Counted from the first letter of the whole stretch, positions 36,826-50,698 are shown. The stretch is DNA of 63,682 bases, filler included, from Hyphochytrium catenoides (GCA_900088475.1; 9 parts of 9 records of this genome joined end to end with filler, not necessarily neighbours in it); one strand, 5' to 3'. Notes: generated by a model not told the origin, from the letters alone. Numbers and translations are program-made.

Positions 36826-38738
36826 TGTGTAGGTGTCCATCGGTTCCTGGTAAGAGGCCCCAATAACTTCACGCATAGAGCAAGGCCAATATCTATCTCG
36901 TTGGAAACAATTGATGCAAAGGTGACCGCGAGTCTACGTCTCTTGGCCAGTCTTTGTAGGCTTTGCTTTAGAGTCATCTACCGGGTTGGTCGGTGGCATG
37001 CGCGCAGAAAGAAGCTGAACGGGCACATTGAGACCAGAAAGTACTTTTGTCTTCCTAAACCTTATTAAGTAGAGGGGACCGTCTTAGCCCTCTGGCCAGC
37101 CTTTGTGAGCCGTGCCTTAGTGTTACGACACGGATGCTTGGTGGTCAGAGCGAACGACAAGAAACGACGCCGCGCGCAGAAATAAAATCCACAACCCAGC
37201 ACGAGGCTAAATATTTTACCTCGTCCTGAATCGTTCAGTGCAAACGTCAAGAGAGACCAAGCTGAGACTTCGGACCTCCTGGCCAATCTAGTGGACTGTG
37301 CGATATACACTTCTCGAGGCGTCGAAGAACAACAAACAACGCCACCAAAGGGCGCACCAAGAAAGCCCACATCTTGTAGGCCATCGGAGTCGAGCCTGAC
37401 CGGCTACCCCTAGAACCCGCGAGTAGCACTTCCTATGTAGTTGATAACTCTCTCCTAACTTCAACACCTATATTCTACAAGCAACTCGCCTGACGGAGAC
37501 TGGGCACAAGTAGAGGAAGACCTGAAGGAGCTCACTGTTGAGAAGAAAGCTCGTAGTAACATGAAGGAAGAGCAGAACGAGCGAGCCAATGGCGCCGTTA
37601 TTCTCCAGATAGACACTTAAAACCTACAAAAGACAGACCGTCCAGTGTTTTATTATAGGCAAAGTATAAAAGAGAACAAGACAGAATATGAAGCTAGGTG
37701 ACAGATAAACAGAGTAACTATGAGAGAGACCAGAGTGAGTGATGATGGGAACATGGAGGCGGCGGGGGAAAACACTGAGCCAAACAACCGGGCGAAGGGC
37801 AAGAGGGCAGGGACAGCTGGCAATAGGACCTTTATTGCCCTGGCGTACAACATCAGAACTCGTTATAATTGTGAGGTTGAGGACAGGGCTTGATTGACAG
37901 GGGGCAGGGATGAGCATGCAACAGAAAGGGAACTTGCCAAAGCATGGCGACCAGAGAGTAGAGGGGCAACTGCAACAGGAAGGAAGGTGGCACTGCGAGC
38001 CGTGACGAGATACGCTGAAAAGCTAATAAGAACGAGACAGAGATGAGGGTGATAGAGGGCTTATGGCTGATGAGGCTAGATTTAGATTAGACAGAGGCAT
38101 GTTGAGATGGGGCATGAGAAGCATCCTTGAGATACCGAGCACAGGGAGGCAAAACACGTAGAAAAAGGGCCAAGTGTAGAAGTTCAAGGTGGTAGTAATA
38201 CGCTCTTCAGTTCAATGAGTATTATTGAGGAGCTCTTGCCATTCCATACCAGTAGTAATACAACTGGACGAAATTTTCCCCTTCGACTCGCGGGGTAGAT
38301 CTGGGCGGAAACCGTAGCACCATTCTCTATTCAGAGTACAAGTAGTTCCCAGTCTATGTGGCCTTTGCTGGTAACCGCGTCCTGTACTGCGGGCAGTTGG
38401 GCAAGGCTATCACTTACATAGAAAATGTTAGAGTTTAGGATCTCGCGTGGACTGGGAATGGAATGGGCGGAAGTGTCAAGCGCATGCGAAGGAAGTAGTG
38501 AGGAAGGATCATTATCATACCCGCGAAGAGTGCGCCGTTGATGAGGATATAGGAGCATCCAGACTCTGCCAATAGAGAGAACGTCTTAGCGGCGTTATAG
38601 ACANNNNNNNNNNNNNNNNNNNNNNNNNNNNNNNNNNNNNNNNNNNNNNNNNNNNGCATGGACTAGTCCCTGCATCTCATCTCCTGAGCAAATGGGCGGT
38701 CCTCAGCGGCAAGCAGTTATCCAGGCCAGGTCCTGGTA

Positions 38739-41723
38739 ATGGGGAATGACATGTCAACCAAGGAGCCACCAAAGGAAGAAGGCCCAGATCTTAGACCGCA
38801 GGGAGAATACCGTCAGATATATAGACAGTGGCGCGTGGGCTCTCCCGCGCAGGAAATGATCCCAGATGCTCTAACGAGGCGCCTAGACCGTGGTCCAGTC
38901 CAAACAGCTCCAGGATCACCTCTATGCGCCGACTCTTCTGCTACTAGCGGCGGAACTGGTCGGCCAAGAACTTTTTCGGACGTTGGTGTCGAAAAGGATG
39001 AGAGGGTAGAGAGCCCAAGTGATGAGCATGTGACGAGAACTTCACCGGTAAGAGAATGTATGTTACATTTCATCACTCCCGCCGCGATGCAACTTACTGT
39101 TCTTTGCCCTTTGTAGCGAATGCCCCATGTCTGGTCATCGCCATCCGCGTTGAAGGACATTATGAATCTGTCAGAGCTCAGTGTGAACGACCGTGAACTT
39201 GTTGAAACGTACGGCATCACAAGTCTATTACCTAACCATTCCAGGTCAGCAACTTTTGAGGTGGATGTCTAATCATAGTTGCACCACTAACCTCGCCTCT
39301 GCTGGGCCTAGTCCTCGGAGTCCTGAGGAAGACACAAAGCAGCCAGATGGACTCCATCCGCCTAAAGGTGGAAGTCCCACAAGAGTGCAGTCTGCAAACT
39401 CTCGATCTAGAAATGAGATTCGGGAGAGCTCTTCTGCATTTCACCACTCGACTAGCTACCCTGGCCAGCAGGCAATCTTCGGATATGGAAACGTTAACTC
39501 GAGCCCACTTCCTCCACATCCACCACCTGTACTTAGTAAATCCCTCAATCGACATGATAGTCAAGGATCTATGCAAAGAGTACCGCGGTCTATCAGCACC
39601 AACGACTTGCAGGATCTTTCACGAATTGGCTACTTTCCGGCACAACCACGGGTAAGTCTTTCTGTTGACACAAACAATACCAGGAGAGAAAGCCCTAGTG
39701 GATTGCTTATCACCGTAAATGTCAATAGTCTGCAGAGACCACACAGAAAAGTCTGAAGGTTAGCGTCATAGAAGACATGTGCCGTGCAGTCGCCAAGCAA
39801 ATGGTTGGCGATGTTCACATTGAGTCTAGAGCTCCTAATGGCCAAGTGCGCCGGGTAGTAAACCATCTCTATCCTCCGGTATACGCTGCGGTCCAGGTAA
39901 GGCTACAACGTATCTTCTTAGACAACCTTGGAAAACCTTGAGCAGCTCTATGCTTGACACTGGCTGTCAAAACTTGTTGGCTTCTCTTAAGCATGTAGCC
40001 GTTTGTGTCCCTGGCCGTTATAGTTCTATGATAAGCTTCGCGGGCTCTGACCTGCTTCTCAGTACAAGATGTGCACATTCCACTGAGTCAATTCCGTTAT
40101 CACTTTTGATAGAAACACTTCAAGCAGTTGCCAGCGCGTTATGCGTTGTCTGTGAACCCCGACGAAGTTTCAATGCACATGAAACTACTTACAGAGCTAC
40201 AGCGTGCACCTGATAACATTGCCGTCCATTGTAGACCCAACAAAGGTGATGATGGAAGGTAAGGGACTTCATGAAACTTTGTTGATCCGCTAGTTGTGAT
40301 TCTCATTCTTCTAAAGTATCAATTCGTTGCTGCCTGTATGGACTTCCTATGTTATTACTCCCATCTGTGCTGTTCGCCATTGTATCTAGTGTAGCCCGTT
40401 CTAAATGCGTTATGTACTGGTAGTACCGTAGAGGGTGGTTTCGACGTCACTATCTGCTGCAAGGACCAAGATAACCTTCTGGACTCTATTACACGGTCTT
40501 TAAAGGCAATGAGAGGAAAAATTCTGGATGCAGATGTCATGACCACTACGTCTGGAATCGCCCTTGATAGGTTTGGCCTTGCTCTTGTCAAAACTACCTT
40601 CCTTATGTGCCACTCGATCCCATTGTTTCTCTGGTCTGTGTCTGACGCTAGCGAGACTCATTCTGATTATAGCTGTATAGCTCGATTCGTCCGTCAATTT
40701 CGTGAAGACCCTCCTCCTTCTGCAACAACGTTCTGACTCTTGTTTCGTGCCACAGGTTTATAGTGCAGGGGGATTTTGCAGGCAAAGACAAGCTTAAAGA
40801 ACTTAAGGTAAGGGTGTGTGCAGGAGCGCCAAACCACTGTGGCGCATACAGCTAAGAGCTTCATCCTATCATCTATGTCTCTCTAGTCGGAAATATTGCG
40901 CAGACTGAAGCATTCCGAAATGTCAGCGACACCTCCTCATGTAGAGCCAATGAAGGCACCTTCTCCTCCTCAGAGACAGGGCGGGACGGCATCGCACACG
41001 TCCTTCGCTTCACTCAGCAGCAGGAATATGGTAATACATACCTTACTGCCTGCTATACAGTCTCAAAATCATCATCTGTCACGCATAATGCCGGCCGGCT
41101 ACATGTTTTTGCGAGCTCTGGCCAAGCTACTACGTCCATGTCGAGCTCTCATCCTTTATCTTTCCTCACGCTGACGTGTGGGATATTGCAGAAACCAGAA
41201 TGGGAGATAGACTTCGATGAGATAGTGCTAGGGGTCCCAATAGGTGCGGGAAGGAGTGGGCAGACTTATGTCGCGCAATGGCGAGGGAAGCGAGTGGCCG
41301 CCAAGGTGGTCAATGTTGGCCAGCAAGGAGGTAAGAGGATATTCTGTAGTGCTTCTCTCCTGTCAAAGTTTATTTTATCAGTACTTTCTTCTTATTGATG
41401 GCTGTATGAGTGATGGGGCCTCCAGTGAGGTTACGTTGATTTTAAGAGTCCCCTGTCAGTGCTTATATACATCTCGTGATACGTACTTTGGAAGCAATAG
41501 GTGTGCTCTCTAAGTGTATCTTTATGGCCTCTGATGATTCCGTAATAATGTGCTCAAGCTTTACCTCGCTGTTACTTCGTCACGTATGTGGCTTCTATAT
41601 AAAGATGTAGGGGAAGAGATTCTTTCTGAGCTTTACAGGGAAGTGGAGGTGGTTAGCACGCTGCGCCATCCCAACATCTGCCTTTTCCTTGGAGCTGCAG
41701 CCAAGCCGCCAACCTACTGTCTG
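38739..41723 (+). CDS. ACT-domain TKL (Raf-like/STY-type) protein kinase, multi-exon, 3'-truncated
   Basis: N-terminal MGNDMS (myristoylation-like). ACT-like exon FDVTICCKDQDNLLDSITRSL..ILDADVMTTTSGIALDRFIV. Kinase N-lobe EWEIDFDEI..IGAGRSGQTYVAQWRG..VAAK..REVEVVSTLRHPNICLFLGA. Confidence 0.85.
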
Positions 41724-43636
41724 NNNNNNNNNNNNNNNNNNNNNNNNNNNNNNNNNNNNNNNNNNNNTTAATTAATTAANNNNNNNNNNNNNNNNNNNNN
41801 NNNNNNNNNNNNNNNNNNNNNNNCCATCACGAGAGTTTCTCTCTTTCTTCTTTTCCTCTGAAGAGAAGGCCTTCTGAAGCTTGTTCAAAAGGCTCTTTCT
41901 CATGGTATCCTCCTGTCAACTTCAATGGCCCTGGCACATGAAGAGGGAGTTGAACATGTTTTGCAGAAAGAGGACAACAGGAGAGACAGAGACAAGTAAC
42001 AGAAAAATATCGCTGTTAACAGTGCTGCTACAACTTAAGACCAGATAACAAAGGCCAGCAATAAAACAGAGTGACCCAAGAGGGGAAGAAGAAGAGAAAG
42101 AGATAGGAGAAAGACATACATAAAGTGCGTGACAGACGTGCTTCACGGAGAATAGCAAGAGAGGACCTACACGGAGATGAAGAAGCGAACCAAGACCCAC
42201 GATAGCAGAGGCAGCTCTATCACCGGTAGAACTGACAGAGCAACCGAGATAGCTATGGAAAAGATCTTCAATTGAGCAAGAAGGGGATATGTCTGAGGCA
42301 AAAGAAGAGCAGAGGAAAGGTGAGAGAGCGACGGAAAGCAAGGGAATCGGGTACATGGGAAAGGGAGGAATACGGACAAGGGAGAGGACTAGGGGAGAGA
42401 GAAGGATCTTACCCTATCTCTTCGCTGCAACTGGGTTATCAGAAGTCTCTCTTGCTAGAACTATTGAGTCCGGAATCAGGTCACGGAGCTTTGCCAAGCA
42501 GACCCATCACCATGAGGGAGGCCCAGCCTCCGGATCTCTCTGCCAGACTCTCTCTCTCTCTCTCTCTACGGTTTGGAGAGAGAAGAAGACGCGTGCTGAG
42601 TTGGTCTCAAAGAGAAGAGAGGCTGGACCATACAGAGCTCCAGGTCTCGCGTCCCGTTGTCTCCCAGTGGTTGGTGTGATCACACGACTTTCTTAGTGAC
42701 CGGCACCGACTGACAGACCAAACCAGTTTATTTCCGATGTGCCAGTCTCTTTCACTCTCTCTTGCTCTCCTTTCCAATGGCTTCTTGGGGCTCTCGGGGC
42801 TCTGTTTGGGCAACCGAGAGGTTGAGATGGCAGATCGTAGGCGGCGGTGGTGCCGCAAACGGAGTAAAGAGGCAAGAAATCTGCACCCAAGTCTCGCTCT
42901 TACTGAGTTTTGGCTGCTTCACAGCCTCTGGGCACAGACGGTGTGTTGTCGCTCTCTCTCTCTCTCTTCCTCTCTCTCTCTCTCTCTCTTTCTCTCCCTG
43001 TTCCTCTCTCTCTTTCTGGTCTCTCTCTTTCGCAATCCTCCTCTTTTTCCTCTGTCTGTCTCTCCCACCTAGCCTCTGTCTGCCAGGGCGGAGCTCTTTC
43101 TGTCTCGTGTTTCTCTTCCTCGTCGCGGGCTGCTACTGACAAATTTTAGGCGTTGTTGTTCTGTTCTGGCCGCCTGCCCCCATCTCTCTTCCTGTGTTTT
43201 CTGTACCTCGTCTCTCTCTGTTTCTTGCTCTTTTCTGCTCTCTCTCTTTCTCTCTCTTTCTCCCTCTGTATCATTCTCTGTCCGCCTTCGTTCTCACTTT
43301 TTCCTTCTCTCTTGGTCTCTCTGTCTCTTCCTCTGTCTTCTCTCTGTCTTATTTTTGAGTCTCAAGTTTGCATATTCCCCAAACTTTTCAGCAAGAAAGG
43401 AACTACCCATTCAAGTTCAGAACCGGCACACTAACAGTGGATTGATTCGTAATAAGCGTCTGATCTTTCCCTGACAGTGAGCATTCTTGTGCGCTGCTCT
43501 GTCTGATGGGAACAGGTTCCAGGATCGCACCCAAATGATGAACACTTCTTATAGTTTCATTTCTTGGAATAATTCAACAACAACCCTAATGTAAAATGTG
43601 TGGAAAGCTATACATGGCGCCATCANNNNNNNNNAG

Positions 43637-43683
<47 letters not shown>

Positions 43684-45102
43684 CGAGAGCGAGAGAGAGA
43701 GAGAGAGAGAGGCAGAGAGAGAAAGAAAGAAAGGAGAGGGAGAGAGAACAGATGGAAATAGTGGTTTGGCAGGAGAACAGATAGAGTTAGTGTGGGAGTT
43801 TGGGTGAGAAAAAAATCGTGACAGAAACCAAAGACAGACAGAAAGAGAGCAAGAGGGCAAGGAAGCAGCATGATGGATGATGCAGACGATAGAGTACAAC
43901 GCGCCTTCTGTTCTGTGAGTCTGCTGCCGTTCTGTTGGCCAGGCTGGACGAGCTCTGCGTGATGGAATGCCCAGTAAGCAGGCTCATCGAACATCGAAGG
44001 CGATGGAGAGTCATACCGGCCTACAGACGGGAAGAGACATGTAAAGCACTATCAGAATTACTCTTACCGCCAGCGGTGCCTCCCCCACCATCTGGGCAGT
44101 TCTGGAAGTGCAGAGGCANNNNNNNNNNNNNNNNNNNNNNNNNNNNNNNNNNNNNNNNNNNNTTAATTAATTAANNNNNNNNNNNNNNNNNNNNNNNNNN
44201 NNNNNNNNNNNNNNNNNNCCGAGATGGTGGGCTTTGTCACTCTGGCAGTCGGAGGAACAAGAGCGAAGATGGTAGAGGCTCAAGAGACGATCTCTGCAGC
44301 GGCGACGGAGACTGTCTCTGCACTGTCTCAGCTGTGGCTTGTATATGGCCGAGTGTTGTACCGAAGGCTATTCTCTCCTAACCAAAAGTAGCTACTCTCA
44401 AGCACTAGACCTCACACATAGGTCATGTGAATTGCTGCACAGCCAAATTCTACTTGACCTATCCGACTTTATGCAAATTGCGAAGGGTTGTGCCCGATTA
44501 TAGCGGTTCCGCGCGGTTGATCTTGCCCGCTTGTGAGTCCTGTCTTTGGGTCTGCGGATCCGCATCTTCCATCAGCTTCCATGACTCTTTCTTTCTCTCT
44601 CCCATGGTCTCTGCTCAGTATGTAAGCCATTCCCTCACGCTGCCTCATACTCCGCTTGTTTAGCTAGCTTGCTCCTCCAACATCAGCCTCTTCTACTTGC
44701 CGTGGGCCATTGACCTAATAACATCAGGTCTGCATTCAAGACTCTGCGATGGTGGTCGCCTTTCTGATCGAACACTAGTATTCTTCTTGTTCCGTGCCTG
44801 TCTCACGCTAGGGAGACAGTCGTAAGAAGGTCAGGACCCGTTGATGGTGCCGCCCAGGCCCAACAGGAGACGTACAAAGTAAGAATTGTGTAAGGCTAGC
44901 TATCCCCAAGAATAGAGCACTAAGTATTACATGCACGAGTGGGAGACACCATGCCAACGAAGCAACAACGCCTTTTATTTACTGGCGCTTAGTACTTCCT
45001 CCTACTTCTGATCTTACTAGAGACATCCATGACCTTAGTCTGGATTCATGTCAGTGAGTCTTGTCCGTCCTCTGAGCCAAGCGAACGCTTGATCAAGATG
45101 CT

Positions 45103-45355
45103 TTAACACTTGCAATTGCGGTACTCCCTTGCCTTCTCTTGGCGTTGTTCGTCCTGCTTATCGGCCAATTGTCTTTCCTCTTCCGTGGACTCCGGCAAGA
45201 ATTCATTAGTCTGGTTTTGCTTGAACTCTGGACCAACGATGCCCAGACGGGTGCAATATCCTGTCACCTTGTCCCAATCCCTTTGTACATTCTCCATAGT
45301 AGGAGAGAGATAAGGCACAGATCTCTCGAACATCTTCTTGTTGACTGGATTGGCT
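45103..45355 (-). CDS. THI5: C-terminal fragment of a THI5/NMT1-type HMP-phosphate synthase (thiamine biosynthesis)
   Basis: FERSVPYLSPTMENVQRDWDKVTGYCTRLGIV..NQTNEFL resembles the fungal Thi5/Nmt1 C-terminal pattern NVxRDWxKVTGYxxRL..NxTNE as I recall it. The 5' part is lost in the gap. Confidence 0.75.
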
Positions 45356-45455
45356 NNNNNNNNNNNNNNNNNNNNNNNNNNNNNNNNNNNNNNNNNNNNT
45401 TAATTAATTAANNNNNNNNNNNNNNNNNNNNNNNNNNNNNNNNNNNNNNNNNNNN

Positions 45456-48400
45456 AAATTAGGGGAGAGGATGGGCGGGTGGTCAATGCCACGATATCTA
45501 GACCCCGGAAAGTAGAATCAGGGGCAAGAGGGGCAGCTGTTAGAGAAAAGGAGACCTTGCAGATACGTGCAAAGTATGAGGTGGATGGAGGTACAAAAGA
45601 AGAATGCACGGCTTTCCGCGCAGGTACTTGACGACGAGAAGGGACAAGGAGGAGAAGTCTTCAAGCTTGATGACGTAAAAACGAAGGTGCAGCACTGGGG
45701 CGTAGGACAGAGAAGTGGATGTTCCCGAGAAGAAGAAAGACTATATGGGAAAGCACCCTGCCGAAGGGTTGGACATTGATGGGAATGGACATCATGGACA
45801 CACGGCAGCAAGTGCTACGGACGTGTCAAAGGCAGAAGAGATGGGATCATTCTCCACCTTAGAAAGATGGTTCCTTGCGGCGTGAGCCGGAAAACCATGC
45901 TCTCGCCTCTCTTTACGCTTCCGTCCAGGCTCTTGACTAGGTGGTTAAGACCTTCAAAGTCCCCTCGAACTCGAGGCTGCAGAAGTGCTCTTAGAGCTCG
46001 CTGGACGCTATAATGGTGCAGAGAGCGAGAACACAAGGACGTGAACCCCAGGGACAACGGTTAGTGGGATAGCGAGATGACAAGTCATGACCAGTCAGAC
46101 GACTTAGGATGGAGGACAGAGGGAAGACTAAAAGCTGGGGGAGAAGGGCCGAGAGGACAGCGGCAGGCAAAGAGAACAGAGGATAGTCAGAAGAGTCATT
46201 CATGGAAATGGACAAAACGGAGGTTACGCAGAGTTCCACCGCTATTCACATCAATCGATGGACATAGAGTCAAGAAGTGACTAAAATGATGGACGATCGG
46301 GCAAGCTATATAAGGATCATATAATGAGATACAAGCCTGTCTGTAAAGAGATAACCTGTCCACCAATTCCCAAGCATACAATGGCAAGGTTAAGAGTAAT
46401 GGAAGAACTGGGAACAAGATGGACAAACTTGGACAGAAGAGCACTACCTAGACTTCGACATTCTCCTGCGAAAGGAGACAATGATAGTCTTCCTAAAGTT
46501 AGACTCTATCAACGTCTCGTAGAATGTCTGAGCATCGGCATGAAAGAGAAGATTATAGAGACAGCGGGAGGTAAGTGTATTAGATGATTAGGAATTCGGC
46601 ACAAAGGTAAATGCATCATACTAAAATCAGGACGCTGGAGAGAGCAGCAGGCGAGAAATAAACCCTGCAGCCGCTTCGTAAACGATCGGAAAACGTGAGA
46701 GGAGCCATTGACACTCTTCTATCTTATCTCGCGTCTATCTTGCTCACCTCTTTCTTTGCCAAGTCACTAAGATCATAGCCGCTAAAGTCTGCCAACGCCC
46801 TTTCCGCTGCTTCAGCGTCAATATAGAAAGCTACCGGAGAGCTGTCCGACCATGATGCTACAAAGTAATGTGACAAGGGAAGGAGGGTCTAAGTTGCGAG
46901 GAGTATAGCAGGATAGCTGGGTTGAGGAGAAGCCAATGAAGGAGAGAGCTGAAGGAGATGTATAACTCACGGTCTGAATACCCTGGAATCTGTGTAGCCA
47001 CTCCTACGAGCTGGTCGCCATTCGACAAAGTTGCGGGGAAAGTGACGCCGGCGACAGGCTCCTTCATAGGGCCGAAGGTCTACTCAAGGTAAAATTAGGG
47101 ATACAATGTGACAAACAGACAGCGAGAGAGAGCGCGAGAGAGAGTAGAGAAAAGAAAAGAAGACCGCTTTGGGGGCGATGACTCCTGGAGCTACGGGAGT
47201 AGGAACAGAGAGGAAGCGTAAATCAAGAAAAATAAGGGATATAATTTGACAAACAGACAGCGAGAGAGAGAAAGAGAGAAGAGAAAAGAAGACCGCTTTG
47301 GGGGCGATGACTCCTGGAGCTACCAGAGTAGGAACAGAGAGACGCGTAAATCAAGAAAATAAACACTTTATAGAACCATTGAGATTGCATGTGAAGCAGG
47401 ACAAACGGCAAAAAGAGTGAGAGAAGGGGGAAACTAATCGCAAAGACGTCTTTACGCTTTCGTACCATCTTTTGCTCTGCTTTGGTGTCTGAGAATAGCT
47501 TCATTGAGCTAAGCGACGCACTTCCTTCCTACAGCACGCAAAAGATTCCCAGCGTTAGGCTAACAATTGGAAAGGGAGAGGCAAGAAAGGACGAGAGACA
47601 GACACACTACATGGACTCTCTCTGTCTCTCTCATCCTTTCTATCTCCTTTCTATGTTCTTCTCGCAGACCCTCCAGCGTCCCGGTTGCCTGCTTCTCTCT
47701 CTTACCTCAAGCGATGCTCCTGCTGCCTTGAAAGCTTTGACCCACTTCTCTCTGTCTTCCTTGGAAGGCGCACAGAGCACCAGCCTAAAGGCCTGTGAAG
47801 TGAGCATCATCCCGTACTCTCCCATGCTATTCATCCCGCGCTTGGGGTCGTCAAACAGCTTAAGAGTTGTCTCAGACGCCTTCAAATCGAACTGACAGAG
47901 CATTGGAGAGTGGGAGAACGCAGCAAAGCGATCAACCGAAGGAAGAAGCGAGGAAGGTTAGTTCGTTATAGAAAACAGGGGATTGAAAGGGCGCCTTGAA
48001 GGGATAAAGGTCATCGGTCAAGGCACTACAAGCTGATATAGGATGAGCGGCAACAAGCGAAGCGAGAGAGCGGAAAGGAGGCAGGATGTGTAGAGACGTG
48101 CAGAGGAGAGAGTACAATCCTTATCACCGCCTGAAAGAAGATTGAGACAAGGTCCAGAAGAATACATTAAAATGTAGGCAGTGACTAGGGTCAACCATAG
48201 AGAGAGACAGAGGACAAAACACTATCCGAGGGAGGTCAGAGGAGCAAGTAAGAAATGGATGAAGAGCTGTTCTCGGCTCTACCTCGTTCTTCACTCTAAG
48301 TTTATCGTCAACTGAGAGGTGAGACAGGAAGTAAGCGAAGAGGAATTAAGCGACTTGACGGAGTGATAAGAGACTCTAACGAGAGGAGAAAGATGAAGAA

Positions 48401-48979
48401 AGACGGGAATGCACCGGGATCAGGGCATACGTTGGAAGCAGCTAGAATCATAGGAGGGCAAACGAGGAAGAGAGGAAGAAAAGACAACCAGAGAAATAGA
48501 AATAGAGAACTAAGCACTGATGGCAACAAGGGACAAGGGAAATTGATGCTTACTGCATAGCAAGACAGAGTTGGCATAAAGCGCAAAGGTACGAGTCTTC
48601 CATGTCTGCAAACCGAGAAACAATCGAGAGAAGACGGCAAAGTTTAGTAGAGATTACGGTCTGTATGAGGGACAAGAAAAGAGATGGAGGAAGTTTGATA
48701 GACGGAGGAGATGTCATGGATGAGAGGGAGTCGTAGTGCCGCTCAGAATGATGGCAATCAGCACGTGACGAAGTCCTCCAAAACAGGCAAAGAGAGCGAG
48801 AGACAAGCAGACGGACACACAGACAGACATCGTCTATGGAGATAGAGTAAGGTTACATGAAAGGTCTTTGCTCTCTTCGCAAGTTTGCCGTGCATCAGAA
48901 GCTTGTCTCCCGCTCCAGAGACTGATGAGCCCTTCGACAGAGTTCTGCCCGTAAGGGGCATCGTAACGCTGTAGGACAT
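45456..48979 (-). CDS. PH domain plus chalcone-isomerase-fold (FAP/CHI-like) protein, multi-exon, 3'-truncated
   Basis: Spliced PH domain: LMHGKLAKRAKTFHTWKTRTFAL..RLVLCAPSKEDREKWVKAF. Then KEPVAGVTFPATL..LVGV..VAFYID..KRGESMVFRLTPQGTIFLRYRGIDHPPILSPN. Confidence 0.68.
47110..47361. repeat. Intronic tandem duplication (two copies of about 120 bp)
   Basis: GACAAACAGACAGCGAGAG...GAAGACCGCTTTGGGGGCGATGACTCCTGGAGCTAC...GCGTAAATCAAGAAAA begins at 47110 and again at 47248. Confidence 0.9.
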
Positions 48980-49890
48980 CCTTCGGCCTCAATTCTGTAT
49001 CTCTTTCTCTATCTCCTTTTGGCCCTGTGGGCCATTGCATTGAAGCTTCTTAAAGGTCAGCCTCCAACCTGCTGAAGCCGGCAGGAGAGCAGTGGCAATT
49101 TTTAGGTGTGCTGATGGTCAAGGTCCGGGTGACGGGGGGAAGGACAGAGCAGACCAAAGAAAGCATAAAGGACAGAGCAAGACTTCGAACTCAATCAGCA
49201 AGTCGAAGAAGCGGACAAGTGAGACAAAGATAGCTTGCCTACATAGTTCCGGCCTGCTGAGTCTTCAATGCTTGCCGATCAAGCAGTCTGCATCCTCTCA
49301 CGAGGATCACACGGGAGAGAGATCTTGAGGACAAAAGCCCAGCGATTAGCAGCGCATAAGGTTCTGGACAGACAAAGCTGCAGTGACCATCGCTGCTCAA
49401 GCTGCGGGAAGAAAGAGAATCACGGAGAGCTGATGGGGGGAGGAGGAAGAGAGAAGAGAAATAGCTGAGCTTGAAAGGGAGAGAGAGAGAGAACAAGGAA
49501 GAGACAGTTCCTTTCTCTCTCTCTTATCTTCTCTTCGCCTCTCTCTCACATCAACATGTACACATCAATACAGGCCCCCCCCTGTATCAGACAAAGGTAC
49601 TTGATGAGTGGGCGGTTATTTTATAAAGTGCCTCTTCAGTTATCAAAGCCAAGCTCTCATATGGCGTATTATTATGGATGGATGAATTTTAATAGAGAAA
49701 GAACACTCAGATCAATATATTACTAATGATTAGTGGGGCTTGCTTGCAGTTTCCTTCCCTATTATTTTTACTTCCTCGGGGTAAAATCAGGGGAATAGAC
49801 GGAGAGGACTGTATTACTAGTGGTTGCTAGACAGAAAATGTGGCCTTCTGACACTACAGTACTTCTGGCACCAAAACCAAAGGGCAAGAA

Positions 49891-49954
<64 letters not shown>

Positions 49955-50698
49955 AGAGAGAGAGAGAGGAGAGAATGAGAATGGAAGAGAGAGAGACAAG
50001 AGAGAAAGGGAGAAAAGAGAGAGTGGAGGGAAGGGAGAAAAGAGAGAGTGGAGGGGAGGGAGAGAGAGAGAGACAGAGAGAGAGCGAAGCAGGGAGAGAG
50101 AGAGAGAAGGCAGACAGAGGAAATAGGCAAAGATTGGGCACAAGAAGTTGAACTCACGTTTTCTCTCTCTCTCTCCTGTCTGTCTCCTGTCTCCTGTCCC
50201 CTCGAACACTTACTGCACCTTGCCACTGTGACGCTCCGGTTCATGCAGCCGCAGCCTCTTGTCCCCAGCAGCCTCTTCTGCTGGTTCCTCCTCCTTCCAA
50301 GAGCCAACGTGATTGATCTTCTCTTCTTTGACAGCACTTGGACAGCTTTTCTCTCGGTCTCAAGAGCGAACGAGCTGCAGATTTAACAGCCATAGACAGG
50401 CGATTAGCTGTCTTTCTTTCCTCTGCCCCAGCGGCGTCTCTTTTCTTCATTAGATTGGGCTGGACGGTCGATGGTGCCCAAGTGGATCATTGCCTGGGGT
50501 CTCTGTGTTGAGCTCTATCAGTATTAGCTCACGGGAAAGTTAAGGAGCTTGAGCTCAGGCTTCGTCGTTGTCTTTTCTTACTCTATCTTGCCCTCTCGCG
50601 GAACAAGAGCTTTCCTATCCCGGCGCAAGCTCTCTCGTTCTGTCCGCTCATTCTTAAGAAAGTTATTGCTCTTCCAGCACTTCTGAAGATCTAGAAAG

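Noticed and set aside
37195-37235. SECIS element or snRNA around the hairpin ACGAGG..CCTCGT
   Set aside because: It lacks the 3' GA of the SECIS core, has no associated selenoprotein ORF, and shows no recognisable U snRNA sequence.
44219-45102. TPP riboswitch downstream of THI5
   Set aside because: GCGTGAGGGAA and ACCTGAT fragments exist on the minus strand, but no CTGAGA core with correct order and spacing was found.
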